A stretch of 64,000 nucleotides of DNA from Eledone cirrhosa (taxonomy: Eukaryota): the NCBI GenBank assembly GCA_964016885.1, contig OZ024740.1:203732001-203796000 (forward strand), written 5' to 3'. A model generated the notes under the pieces. That model ran no database searches, was not told where the DNA came from, and worked only from the letters and a program-made list of their open reading frames with translations. Positions 1 to 15,000 of this stretch are shown in pieces (position 1 is the first letter of the stretch; each line of letters opens with the position of its first letter). The position numbers and the translations under genes were made by a program.

Positions 1-3000
1 ATGTGTTTCTTACCTGGCTATATATTGGTATTGCTTACCTGGCTATATATTGGTGTTTCTTACCTGGCTATATATTGCTGTTTCTTATCTGGCTATATAC
101 TGGTATGTTTCTTACCTGGCTATATATTGGTGTGTTTTTTACCTGCCTATATTTTGGTGTGTTTCTTACCTGGCTATATATTGGTATGTTCCTTACCTGG
201 CTATATATTGGTGTGTTTCTTACCTGGCTATGTATTGGTGTTTCTTACCTGGCTATATATTGGTGTTTCTTACCTGGATATATATTGGTGTTTCTTACCT
301 GGCTATATACTGGTATGTTTCTTACCTGGTTATATATTGGTGTGTTTTTTACCTGCCAATATTTTGGCGTGTTTCTTACCTGGCTATATATTGGTATGAT
401 TCTTACCTAGCTATATATTGGTATGTTTCTTACCTGGCTATATATTGGTATGTTTCTTACCTGGCTATATATTGGTGTTTCTTACCTGGCTATATATTGG
501 TCTGTTTCTTACCTGGCTATATATTGGTGTTCTTTACCTGGCTATATATATTGGTATGTTTCTTACCTGGCTATATATTGGTATGCTTCTTACCTGGCTA
601 TATATTGGTGTTTCTTACCTGGCTATATATAGGTATGTTTCTTACCTGGCTATATATTAGTATGTTTCCTACCTGGCTATATATTGGTGTTTCTTACCTG
701 GCTATATATTGGTATGTTTCTTACCTGGCTATATATTGGTATGTTTCTTACCTGGCCATATATTGGTGTTTCCTACCTGGCTATATATCGGTATTGCTTA
801 CCTGGCTATATATTGGTGTGTTTTTTACCTGCCTATATTTTGATGTGTTTCTTACCTGGATATATATTGGTATGTTTCTTACCTGGCTATATATTGGTGT
901 GTTTCTTACCTGGCTATATATTGGTATGTTTCTTACCTGGCTATATATTGGTATGTTTCTTACCTGGCTATATATTGGTGTTTTTTACCTGGCTATATAT
1001 TGGTATGTTTCTTACCTGGCTATATATTGGTATGTTTCTTACCTGGCTATATATTGGTATGTTTCTTACCTGGCTATATATTGGTGTGTTTCTTACCTGG
1101 CTATATATTGGTGTGTTTCTTACCTGACTATATATTGGTGTGTTTCTTACCTGGGTATATATTAGTGTGTTTCTTAACTGGCTATATACTGGTGTTTCTT
1201 ACCTGGCTATATATTGGTATATTTCTTACCTGGCTATATATTGCTGTTTCTTACCTGGCTATATATTGGTGTGTTTCTTACCTGGCTATATATTGGTGTG
1301 TTTCTTACATGGATATATATTAGTATGTTTCTTACCTGGCTATATATTGGTGTGTTTCTTACCTGGCTATATATTGGTGTGTTTCTTACCTGGCTATATA
1401 TTGATGTGTTTCTTACCTGGCTATATATTGGTGTGTTTCTCACCTGGCTATATATTGGTGTGTTTCTTACCTGGCTATATATTGGTGTGTTTCTTACCTG
1501 GCTATATATTGGTGTGTGTTTTACCTTGCTATATTTTGGTGTGTTTCTTACCTGGTTATATATTAGTATGTTTCTTACCTGGCTATATATTGGTGTGTTT
1601 CTTACCTGGCTATATGTTGGTATGTTACTTACCTCGCTATATATTGGTATGTTTCTTACCTGACTATATATTGGTGTTTCTTACCTGGCTATATATTGGT
1701 GTTTCTTACCTGGCTATATATTGGTATGTTTCTTACGTGGCTATATATTGGTGTTTCTTACCTGGGTATATATTAGTGTGTTTCTTACCTGGCTATATAC
1801 TGGTGTTTCTTACCTGACTATATATTGGTATGTTTCTTACCTGGCTATATATTGGTGTTTCTTACCTGGCTATATATTGGTATGTTTCTTACCTGGCTAT
1901 ATATTGGTGTGTTTCTTACCTGGCTATATATTGGTGTTTCTTACCTGGCTATATATTGGTGTGTTTCTTACCTGGCTATATATTGGTATGTTTCTTACCT
2001 GGCTATATATTGGTGTTTCTTACCTGGTTATATATTGATGTGTTTCTTACCTGGCTATATATTGGTGTGTTTCTTTCCTGGCTATATATTGGTATGTTTC
2101 TTACCTGGTTATATATTGGTGTTTCGTACCTGGCTATATATTGGTGTTTCTTACCTGACTATATATTGGTGTTTCTTACCTGGCTATATATTGGTATGTT
2201 TCTTACCTGGCTATATATTGGTGTTTCTTACCTGGCTATATATTGGTATGTTTCTTACCTGACTATATATTGGTGTTTCTTACCAGGCTATATATTCGTG
2301 TTTCTTACCTGGCTATATATTGGTATGTTTCTTACCTGGCTATATATTGATGTTTCTTACCTGCTCTATATATTGGTGTTCTTTACCTGGCTATATATAT
2401 TGGTATGTTTCTTAGCTGGCTATATATTGGTATGCTTCTTACCTGGCTATATATTGGTGTTTCTTACCTGGCTATATATTGTTATGTTTCTTACCTGGCT
2501 ATATATTTGTATGTTTCTTACCTGGCTATATATTGGTGTTTCTTAACTGGCTATATATATTGGTATGTTTCTTACCTGGCTATATAGTGGTATGTTTCTT
2601 ACCTGGCCATATATTGGTGTTTCCTACCTGGCTATATTTTGGTATGTTTCTTACCTGGCTATATATTGCTATGTTTCTTACCTGGCTATATATTGGTGTT
2701 TCTTACCTGGCTATATTTTGGTGTTTCTTACCTGGCTCTATATTGATGTGTTTCTTTCCTGGCTATATATTCGTATGCTTCTCACCTGGCTATATATTGG
2801 TGTGTTTTTTACCTGGCTATATATTGGTATGTTTCTTACCTGGCTATATATTGGTGTTTCTTACCTGGCTATATATTGCTGTGTTTCTTACCTGGCTATA
2901 TATTGGTGTGTTTCTTACCTGGCTATATATTGGTGTGTTTCTTACCTGACTATATATTGGTGTGTTTCTTACCTGGCTATATATTGGTGTTCTTTACCTG

Positions 3001-6000
3001 GCTATATATATTGGTATGTTTCTTACCTGGCTATATATTGGTATGTTTCTTACCTGGCTATATATTGGTGTGTTTCTTACCTGGCTATATATTGGTGTGT
3101 TTCCTACCTGACTATATATTGGTGTGTTTCTTACCTGGCTATATATTGGTGTTCTTTACCTGGGTATACATTGGTGTGTTTCTTACCTGGCTATATATTG
3201 GTATGTTTCTTACCTGGCTATATATTGGTGTTTCTTACCTGGGTATATGTTGGTGTTTTTTACCTGGCTATATATTGGTATGTTTCTTACCTGGCTATAT
3301 ATTGGTGTTTCTTACCTGGCTATATATTGGTGCTTCTTACCTGGCTATATATTGTAGCTTCTTACCTGGTTATATATTGGTATTTTTCTTACCTGACTAT
3401 ATATTGGTGTTTCTTACCTGGCTATATATTGGTGTTTCTTACCTGGCTATATATTGGTATGTTGCTTACCTGGCTATATATTGGTGCTTCTTACCTGGCT
3501 ATATATTGGTGTGTTTCTTACCTGGCTATATATTGGTATGTTTCTTACCTGGCTATATATTGGTGTGTTTCTGATCTGGCTCTATATTGATGTGTTTCTT
3601 ACCTGGCTATATATTGGTATTGCTTACCTGGCTATATATTGGTGTTTCTTACCTGGCTATATATTGCTGTTTCTTATCTGGCTATATACTGGTATGTTTC
3701 TTACCTGGCTATATATTGGTGTGTTTTTTACCTGCCTATATTTTGGTGTGTTTCTTACCTGGCTATATATTGGTATGTTCCTTACCTGGCTATATATTGG
3801 TGTGTTTCTTACCTGGCTATGTATTGGTGTTTCTTACCTGGCTATATATTGGTGTTTCTTACCTGGATATATATTGGTGTTTCTTACCTGGCTATATACT
3901 GGTATGTTTCTTACCTGGTTATATATTGGTGTGTTTTTTACCTGCCAATATTTTGGCGTGTTTCTTACCTGGCTATATATTGGTATGATTCTTACCTAGC
4001 TATATATTGGTATGTTTCTTACCTGGCTATATATTGGTATGTTTCTTACCTGGCTATATATTGGTGTTTCTTACCTGGCTATATATTGGTCTGTTTCTTA
4101 CCTGGCTATATATTGGTATGTTTCTTACCTGGCTATATATTGGTGTTTCTTACCTGGCTATATATTGCTATGTTTCTTACCTGGCTATATATTGGTGTTT
4201 CTTACCTGGCTATATATTGGTGTTTCTTACCTGGCTGTATATTGGTGTGTTTCTTATCTGGCTATATATTGGTGTTCTTTACCTGGCTATATATATTGGT
4301 ATGTTTCTTACCTGGCTATATATTGGTATGTTTCTTACCTGGCTATATATTAGTATGTTTCTTACCTGGCTATATATTGGTGTTTCTTACCTGGCTATAT
4401 ATTGGTATGTTTCTTACCTGGCCATATATTGGTGTTTCCTACCTGGCTATATATTGGTATTACTTACCTGGCTATATATTGGTGTTTCTTACCTGGCTAT
4501 ATATTGGTGTGTTTTTTACCTGCTTATATTTTGCTGTTTTTCTTACCTGGCTATATATTGGTATGTTTCTTACCTAGCTATATATTGGTGTGTTTCTTAC
4601 CTTGCTATATATTGGTATGTTTCTTACCTGGCTATATATTGGTATGTTTCTTACCTGGCTATATATTGGTGTTTCTTACCTGGCTATATATTGGTATGTT
4701 TCTTACCTGGCTATATATTGGTATGATTCTTACCTGGCTATATATTAGTGTTTCTTACCTGGCTATATTTTGGTATGTTTCTTACATGGCTATATATTGG
4801 TGTATCTTACCTGGCTATATATCGGTGTGTTTCTTACTTGGCTATATATTGGTGTGTTTCTTACCTGGGTATATATTAGTGTGTTTCTTACCTGGCTATA
4901 TATTGGTGTTTCTTACCTGGCTATATATTGGTATGTTTCTTACCTGGCTATATATTGCTGTTTCTTACTTGGCTATATATTGGTGTGTTTCTTATCTGGC
5001 TATATATTGGTGTGTTTCTTACATGGATATATATTAGTGTGTTTCTTACCTGGCTATATATTGGTGTGTTTCTTACCTGGCTATATATTGGTATGTTTCT
5101 TACCTGGCTATATTTTGGTGTTTCCTACCTGGCTATATATTGGTGTGTTTCTTACCTGGCTATATATTGGTATGTTTCTTACCTGGCTATATATTGGTGT
5201 TTCTGACCTGGCTATATATTGGTATGTTTCTTACCTGGCTATATATTGGTGTGTTTCTTACCTGGCTATATATTGGTGTGTTTCTTACCTGGCTATATAT
5301 TGGTGTTTCTTACCTGGCTATATATTTGTGTTTCTTACTTGGCTATATATTGGCATTGCTTACCTGGCTATATATTGGTGTGTTTCATACCTAGCTATAT
5401 ATTGGTATGTTTCTTACCTGGCTATATATTGGTATGTTTCTTACCTGGCTATATATTGGTGTTTCTTACCTGGCTATATATTGGTATGTTTCTTACCTGG
5501 CTATATATTGGTATGTTTCTTACCTGGCTATATATTGGTGTTTCTTACCTGGCTATATATTGGTATGTTTCTTACCTGGCTATATATTGGTGTTTCTTAC
5601 ATGGCTATATATTGGTGTGTTTCTTACCTGGCTATATATTGGTGTGTTTCTTACCTGGGTATATGTTAGTGTGTTTCTTACCTGGCTATATATTGGTGTT
5701 CCTTACCTGGCTATATATTGGTTTTTTTCTTACCTGGCTATATATTGGTGTTTTTTACCTGGCTATATATTGGTGTGTTTCTTACCTGGCTATATATTGG
5801 TGTGTTTCTTACCTGGCTATATATTGGTGTTTCTTACCTGGCTATATATTGGTGTTTCTTACCTGGCTATATATTGGTGTGTTTCTTACCTGGATATATA
5901 TTGGTGTGTTTCTTACCTGGCTATATATTGGTGTTTCTTACCTGGCTATATATTGGTGTGTTTCTTACCTGGCTATATATTGGTGTTCTTTACCTGGCTA

Positions 6001-9000
6001 TATATATTGGTATGTTTCTTACCTGGCTATATATTGGTATGCTTCTTACCTGGCTATATATTGGTGTTTCTTACCTGGCTATATATTGGTATGTTTCTTA
6101 CCTAGCTATATATTAGTATGTTTCTTACCTGTCTATATATTGGTGTTTCTTACCTGGCTATATATTAGTATGTTTCTTACCTGTCTATATATTGGTATGT
6201 TTCTTACCTGGCTATATATTGGTATGTTTCTTACCTGGCCATATATTGGTGTTTCCTACCGGGCTATATATTGGTATTGCTTACCTGGCTATATATTGGT
6301 GTTTCTTACCTGGCTATATATTGGTGTGTTTTTTACCTGCCTATATTTTGGTGTTTTTCTTACCTGGCTATATATTGGTATGTTTCTTATCTAGCTATAT
6401 ATTGGTGTGTTTCTTACCTGGCTATATATTGGTATGTTTCTTACCTTGCTATATATTGGTATGTTTCTTACCTGGCTATATATTGGTGTCTCTTACTTGG
6501 CTATATATTGGTATGTTTCTTACCTGGCTATATATTGGTATGTTTCTTACCTGGCTATATATTGGTGTTTCTTACCTGGCTATATATTGGTATGTTTATT
6601 ACATGGCTATATATTGGTGTTTCTTACCTGGCTATATATCGGTGTGTTTCTTACTTGGCTATATATTGGTGTGTTTCTTACCTGGGTATATATTAGTGTG
6701 TTTCTTACCTGGCTATATATTGGTGTTTCTTACCTGGCTATATATTGGTATGTTTCTTACCTGGCAATATATTGCTGTTTCTTATCTGGCTATATATTGG
6801 TGTGTTTCTTACCTGGCTATATATTGGTGTGTTTCTTACATGGATATATATTAGTGTGTTTCTTACCTGGCTATATATTGGTGTGTTTCTTACCTGGCTA
6901 TATATTGGTGTGTTTCTTACCTGGCTATATATTGATGTGTTTCCTACCTGGCTATATATTGGTGTGTTTCTTACCTGGCTATATATTGGCGTGTTTCTTA
7001 CCTGGCTATATATTGGTATGTTTCTTACCTTGCTATATATTGGTGTTTCCTACCTGGCTATATATTGGTGTTTCTTACGTGCTATATATTGGTATGCTTC
7101 TTACCTGGCTATATATTGGTGTGTTTCTTACCTGGCTATATATTGGTGTGTTTATTACCTGGCTATATATTGGTGTTTCTTACCTGGCTATATATTGGTG
7201 TGTTTCTTACCTGGCTATATATTGGTATGTTTCTTACCTGGATATATATTGGTGTTTCCTACCTGGCTATATATTGGTGTGTTTCTTACCTGGCTATATA
7301 TTGGTATGTTCCTTACCTGGCTATATATTGGTGTTTCTGACCTGGCTATATATTGGTATGTTTCTTACCTGGCTATATATTGGTGTGTTTCTTACCTGGC
7401 TATATATTGGTGTGTTTCTTACCTGGCTATATATTGGTGTTTCTTACCTGGCTATATACTGGTGTTTCTTACCTGGCTATATATTGGTATTGCTTACCTG
7501 GCTATATATTGGTGTGTTTCTTACCTGGCTATACATTGGTGTTTCTGACTTGGCTATATATTGGTGTTTCTTACCTGGCTATATATTGGTATTTCTGACC
7601 TGGCTATATATTGGTGTTTCTTACCTGGCTATTTATTGGTATGTTTTTTACCTGGCTATATATTGGTATGTTTCTTACCTGGCCATATATTGGTGTTTCC
7701 TACCTGGCTATATTTTGGTATGTTTCTTACCTGGCTATATAATGGTATGTTTCTTACCTGGCTATATATTGGTGTTTCTTACCTGACTATATATTGGTGT
7801 TTCTTACCTGGCTATATATTGGTGTTTCTTACCTGGCTATATATTGGTATGTTTCTTACCTGGCTATATATTGGTGTGTTTCTTACCTGACTATATATTG
7901 GTGTGTTTCTTACCTGGCTATATATTGGTGTTCTTTACCTGGCTATATATATTGGTATGTTTCTTACCTTGCTATATATTGGTATGTTTCTTACCTGGCT
8001 ATATATTGGTGTTTCTTACCTGGCTATATATTGGTATTGCTTACCTGGCTATATATTGGTATTGCTTACCTGGCTATATATTGGTGTGTTTCATACCTAG
8101 CCATATATTGGTATGTTTCTTACCTGGCTATATATTGGTATGTTTCTTACCTGGCTATATATTGGTGTGTTTCTTACCTGGCTATATATTGGTGTGTTTC
8201 TTACCTGGCTATATATTGGTGTTATTTACCTGGCTATATATATATTGGTATGTTTCTTACCTGGCTATATATTGGTATGCTTCTTACCTGGCTATATATT
8301 GGTCTTTCTTACCTGGCTATATATTGGTGTTTCTTACCTGGCTATATATTGGTATTGCTTACCTGGCTATTTATTGGTATGTTTCTTACCTGGGTATATA
8401 TTGGTGTGTTTCTTACCTGGCTATATATTGGTGTTTCTTACCTGACTATATATTGGCGTTTCTTACCTGGCTATATATTGGTATTGCTTACCTGGCTATA
8501 TATTGGTATGTTTCTTACCTGGCTATATATTGGTGTGTTTCTTACCTGGCTATATATTGGTGTTTCTTACCTGGCTATATATTGGTGTTTCTTACCTGGC
8601 TATATATTGGTGTTTCTTACCTGGCTATATATTGGTATGTTGCTTACCTGGCTATATATTGGTGTTTCGTACCTGGCTATATACTGGTGTTTCTTACCTG
8701 GGTATATATTGGTGTTTCCTACCTGGCTATATATTGGTGTTTCGTACCTGGCTATATATTGGTGTTTCTTACCTGGCTATATATTGGTGTTTCTTACCTG
8801 GCTATATATTGGTGTTTCTTACCTGGTTATATATTGGTGTTTCTTACCTGGCTATATATTGGTATGTTTCTTACCTGGCTATATATTGGTGTGTTTCTTA
8901 CCTGACTATATATTGGTGTGTTTCTTACCTGGCTATATATTGGTGTTCTTTACCTGGCTATATATATTGGTATGTTTCTTACCTTGCTATATATTGGTAT

Positions 9001-12000
9001 GTTTCTTACCTGGCTATATATTGGTGTTTCTTACCTGGCTATATATTGGTATTGCTTACCTGGCTATATATTGGTATTGCTTACCTGGCTATATATTGGT
9101 GTGTTTCATACCTAGCCATATATTGGTATGTTTCTTACCTGGCTATATATTGGTATGTTTCTTACCTGGCTATATATTGGTGTGTTTCTTACCTGGCTAT
9201 ATATTGGTGTTATTTACCTGGCTATATATATATTGGTATGTTTCTTACCTGGCTATATATTGGTATGCTTCTTACCTGGCTATATATTGGTCTTTCTTAC
9301 CTGGCTATATATTGGTGTTTCTTACCTGGCTATATATTGGTATTGCTTACCTGGCTATTTATTGGTATGTTTCTTACCTGGGTATATATTGGTGTGTTTC
9401 TTACCTGGCTATATATTGGTGTTTCTTACCTGACTATATATTGGCGTTTCTTACCTGGCTATATATTGGTATTGCTTACCTGGCTATATATTGGTATGTT
9501 TCTTACCTGGCTATATATTGGTGTGTTTCTTACCTGGCTATATATTGGTGTTTCTTACCTGGCTATATATTGGTGTTTCTTACCTGGCTATATATTGGTG
9601 TTTCTTACCTGGCTATATATTGGTATGTTGCTTACCTGGCTATATATTGGTGTTTCGTACCTGGCTATATACTGGTGTTTCTTACCTGGGTATATATTGG
9701 TGTTTCCTACCTGGCTATATATTGGTGTTTCGTACCTGGCTATATATTGGTGTTTCTTACCTGGCTATATATTGGTGTTTCTTACCTGGCTATATATTGG
9801 TGTTTCTTACCTGGTTATATATTGGTGTTTCTTACCTGGCTATATACTGGTATGTTTCTTACCTGGTTATATATTGGTGTGTTTTTTACGTGCCTATATT
9901 TTGGTGTGTTACTTACCTGGCTATATATTGGTATGTTTCTTACCTAGCTATATATTGGTATGTTTCTTACCTGGCTATATATTGGTATGTTTCTTACCTG
10001 GCTATATATTGGTGTTTCTTACCTGGCTATATATTGGTATGTTTCTTACCCGGCTATATATTTGTATGTTTCTTACCTGGCTATATATTGGTGTTTCTTA
10101 CCTGGCTATATATTGGTATGTTTCTTACCTGGCTATATATTGGTGTTTCTTACCTGGCTATATATTGGTGTGTTTCTTACCTGGCTATATATTGGTGTGT
10201 TTCTTACCTGGGTATATGTTAGTGTGTTTCTTACATGGCTATATATTTGTGTTCCTTACCTGGCTATATATTGGTATGTTTCTTACCTGGCTATATATTG
10301 GTGTTTCTTACCTGGCTATATATTGGTGTGTTTCTTACCTGGCTATATATTGGTGTGTTTGTTACCTGGCTATATATTGGTGTTTCTTACCTGGCTATAT
10401 ATTGGTGTTTCTTACCTGGGTATATATTAGTGTGTTTCTTACCTGGCTATATATTGGTGTTTCTTACCTGGCTATATATTGGTATGTTTCTTACCTGGCT
10501 ATATATTGGTGTGTTTATTACCTGACTATATATTGGTGTGTTTCTTACCTGGGTATATATTAGTGTGTTTCTTACCTGGCTATATACTGGTGTTTATTAC
10601 CTGGCTATATATTGGTATGTTTCTTACCTGGCTATATATTGCTGTTTCTTACCTGGCTATATATTGGTGTGTTTCTTACCTGGCTATATATTGGTTTTTT
10701 TCTTACCTGGCTATATATTGGTGTGTTTCCTACCTGGCTATATATTGGTATGTTTCTTACCTGGTTATATATTGGTGTTTCCTACCTGGCTATATATTGG
10801 TGTTTCTTACGTGCTATATATTGGTATGTTTCTTACCTGGCTATATATTGGTGTGTTTCTTACCTGGCTATATATAGGTGTGTTTCTTACCTGGCTATAT
10901 ATTGGTGTTTCTTACCTGGCTATATATTGGTGTGTTTCTTACCTGGCTATATATTGGTATGTTTCTTACCTGGCTATATATTGGTGTTTCCTACCTGGCT
11001 ATATATTGGTGTGTTTCTTACCTGGCTATATATTGGTATGTTTCTTACCTGGCTATATATTGGTGTGTTTCTTACCTGGCTATATATTGGTGTGTTTCTT
11101 ACCTGGCTATATATTGGTGTTTCTTACCTGGCTATATATTGGTGTTTCTTACTTGGCTATATATTGGTATTGCTTACCTGGCTATATATTGGTGTGTTTC
11201 ATACCTAGCCATATATTGGTATGTTTCTTACCTGGCTATATATTGGTATGTTTCTTACCTGGCTATATATTGGTGTGTTTCTTACCTGGCTATATATTGG
11301 TGTGTTTCTTACCTGGCTATATATTGGTGTTATTTACCTGGCTATATATATATTGGTATGTTTCTTACCTGGCTATATATTGGTATGCTTCTTACCTGGC
11401 TATATATTGGTCTTTCTTACCTGGCTATATATTGGTATGTTTCTTACCTGGCTATATATTAGTATGTTTCTTACCTGGCTATATATTGGTGTTTCTTACC
11501 TGGCTATATATTGGTATGTTTCTTACCTGGCTATATATTGGTATGTTTCTTACCTGGCCATATATTGGTGTTTCCTACCTGGCTATATATTGGTATTGCT
11601 TACCTGGCTATATATTGGTGTGTTTTTTACCTGCCTATATTTTGCTGTGTTTCTTACCTGGCTATATATTGGTATGTTTCTTACCTGGCTATATATTGGT
11701 GTGTTTCTTACCTGGCTAAATATTGGTGTTTCTTACCTGGCTATATATTGGTATGTTTCTTACCTGGCTATATATTGGTATGTTTCTTACCTGGCTATAT
11801 ATTGGTATGTTTCTTACATGGCTATATATTGGTGTTTCTTACCTGGCTATATATCGGTGTGTTTCTTACTTGGCTATATATTGGTGTGTTTCTTACCTGG
11901 GTATATATTAGTGTGTTTCTTACTTGGCTATATATTGGTATGTTTCTTACCTGGCTATATAATGGTATGTTTCTTACCTGGCTATATATTGGTGTGTTTC

Positions 12001-15000
12001 TTACCTGACTATATATTGGTGTGTTTCTTACCTGGGTATATATTAGTGTGTTTCTTTCCTGGCTATATACTGGTGTTTCTTACCTGGCTATATATTGGTA
12101 TGTTTCTTACCTGGCTATATATTGCTGTTTCTTACCAGGCTATATATTGGTGTGTTTCTTACCTGGCTATATATTGGTGTGTTTCTTACATGGATATATA
12201 TTAGTGTTTTTCTTACCTGGCTATATATTGGTGTGTTTCTTACCTGGCTATATATTGGTGTCTTTCTTACCTGGCTATATATTGATGTGTTTCTTACCTG
12301 GCTATATATTGGTGTGTTTCTTACCTGGCTATATATTGGTGTGTTTCTTACCTGGCTATATATTGGTATGTTTCTTACCTGGCTATATATTGGTGTTTCC
12401 TACCTGGCTATATATTGGTGTTCCTTACGTGCTATATATTGGTATGTTTCTTACCTGGCTATATATTGGTGTGTTTCTTACCTGGCTATATATAGGTGTG
12501 TTTCTTACCTGGCTATATATTGGTGTTTCTTACCTGGCTATATATTGGTGTGTTTCTTACCTGGCTATATATTGGTATGTTTCTTACCTGGCTATATATT
12601 GGTGTTTCCTACCTGGCTATATATTGGTGTGTTTCTTACCCGGCTATATATTGGTATGTTTCTTACCTGGCTATATATTGGTGTTTCTGACCTGGCTATA
12701 TATTGGTATGTTTCTTACCTGGCTATATATTGGTGTGTTTCTTACCTGGCTATATATTGGTGTGTTTCTTACCTGGCTATATATTGGTGTGTTTCTTACC
12801 TGACTATATATTGGTGTGTTTCTTACCTGGGTATATATTAGTGTGTTTCTTACCTGGTTATATACTGGTGTTTCTTACCTGGCTATATATTGGTATGTTT
12901 CTTACCTGGCTATATATTGCTGTTTCTTACCTGGCTATATATTGGTGTGTTTCTTACCTGGCTATATATTGGTGTGTTTCTTACATGGATATATATTATT
13001 GTTTTTCTTACCTGGCTATATATTGGTGTGTTTCTTACCTGGCTATATATTGGAGTGTTTCTTACCTGGGTATATATTGATGTGTTTCTTACCTGGCTAT
13101 ATATTGGTGTGTTTCTTACCTGGCTATATATTGGTGTGTTTCTTACCTGGCTATATATTGGTATGTTTCTTACCTGGCTATATATTGGTGTTTCCTACCT
13201 GGCTATATATTGGTGTTTCTTACGTGCTATATATTGGTATGTTTCTTACCTGGCTATATATTGGTGTGTTTCTTACCTGGCTATATATAGGTGTGTTTCT
13301 TACCTGGCCATATATTGGTGTTTCTTACCTGGCTATATATTGGTATGTTTCTTACCTGGCTATATATTGGTGTTTCTGACCTGGCTATATATTGGTATGT
13401 TTCTTAACTGGCTATATATTGGTGTGTTTCTTACCTGGCTATATATTGGTGTTTCTTACCTGGCTATATATTGGTGTTTCTTACTTGGCTATATATTGGT
13501 ATTGCTTACCTGGCTATATATTGGTGTGTTTCTTACCTAGCTATATATTGGTATGTTTCTTACCTGGCTATATATTGGTATGTTTCTTACCTGGCTATAT
13601 ATTGGTGTTTCTTACCTGGCTATATATTGGTATGTTTCTTACCTGGCTATATATTGGTATGTTTCTTACCTGGCTATATATTGGTGTTTCTTACCTGTCT
13701 ATATATTGGTATGTTTCTTACCTGGCTATATATTGGTGTTTCTTACCTGGCTATATATTGGTGTGTTTCTTACCTGGCTATATATTGGTGTGTTTCTTAC
13801 CTGGGTATATCTTAGTGTGTTTCTTACCTGGCTATATATTGGTGTACCTTACCTGGCTATATATTGGTATGTTTCTTACCTGGCTATATATTGGTATTTC
13901 TTACCTGGCTATATATTGGTGTGTTTCTTACCTGGTTATATATTGGTGTGTTTCTTACCTGGCTATATATTGGTGTTTCTTACCTGGCTATATATTGGTG
14001 TTTCTTACCTGGCTATATATTGGTGTGTTTCTTACCTGGCTATATATTGGTGTGTTTCTTACCTGGCTATATATTGGTGTTTCTTACCTGGCTATATATT
14101 GGTATGTTTTTTACCTGCCTATATTTTGCTGTTTTTCTTACCTGGCTATATATAGGTCTGTTTCTTACCTGGCCATATATTGGTGTTTCTTACCTGGCTA
14201 TATATTGGTGTGTTTCTTACCTGGCTATATATTGGTATGTTCCTTACCTGGCTATATATTGGTGTTTCTGACCTGGCTATATATTGGTATGTTTCTTACC
14301 TGGCTATATATTGGTATGTTTCTTACCTGGCTATATATTGGTGTTTCTGACCTGGCTATATATTGGTATGTTTCTTACCTGGCTATATATTGGTGTGTTT
14401 CTTACCTGGCTATATATTGGTGTCCTTCTTACCTGGCTATATATAGATGTGTTTCTTACCTGGCTATATATTGGTGTGTTTCTTACCTGGCTATATATTG
14501 GTGTGTTTCTTACCTGGCTATATATTGGTATGTTTCTTACCTGGCTATATATTGCTGTTTCCTACCTGGCTATATACTGGTGTTTCTTACGTGCTATATA
14601 TTGGTATGTTTCTTACCTGGCTATATATTGGTGTTTCTTACCTGGCTATATATTGGTGTGTTTCTTACCTGGCTATATATTGGTATGTTTCTTACCTGGC
14701 TATATATTGGTGTTTCCTCCCTGGCTCTATATTGGTGTGTTTCTTACCCGGCTATATATTGGTATGTTTCTTACCTGGCTATATATTGGTGTTTCTGACC
14801 TGGCTATATATTGGTATGTTTCTTACCTGGCTATATATTGGTGTGTTTCTTACCTGGCTATATATTGGTGTGTTTCTTACCTGGCTATATATTGCTGTGT
14901 TTCTTACCTGACTATATATTGGTGTGTTTCTTACCTGGGTATATATTAGTGTGTTTCTTACTTGGCTATATACTGGTGTTTCTTACCTGGCTATATATTG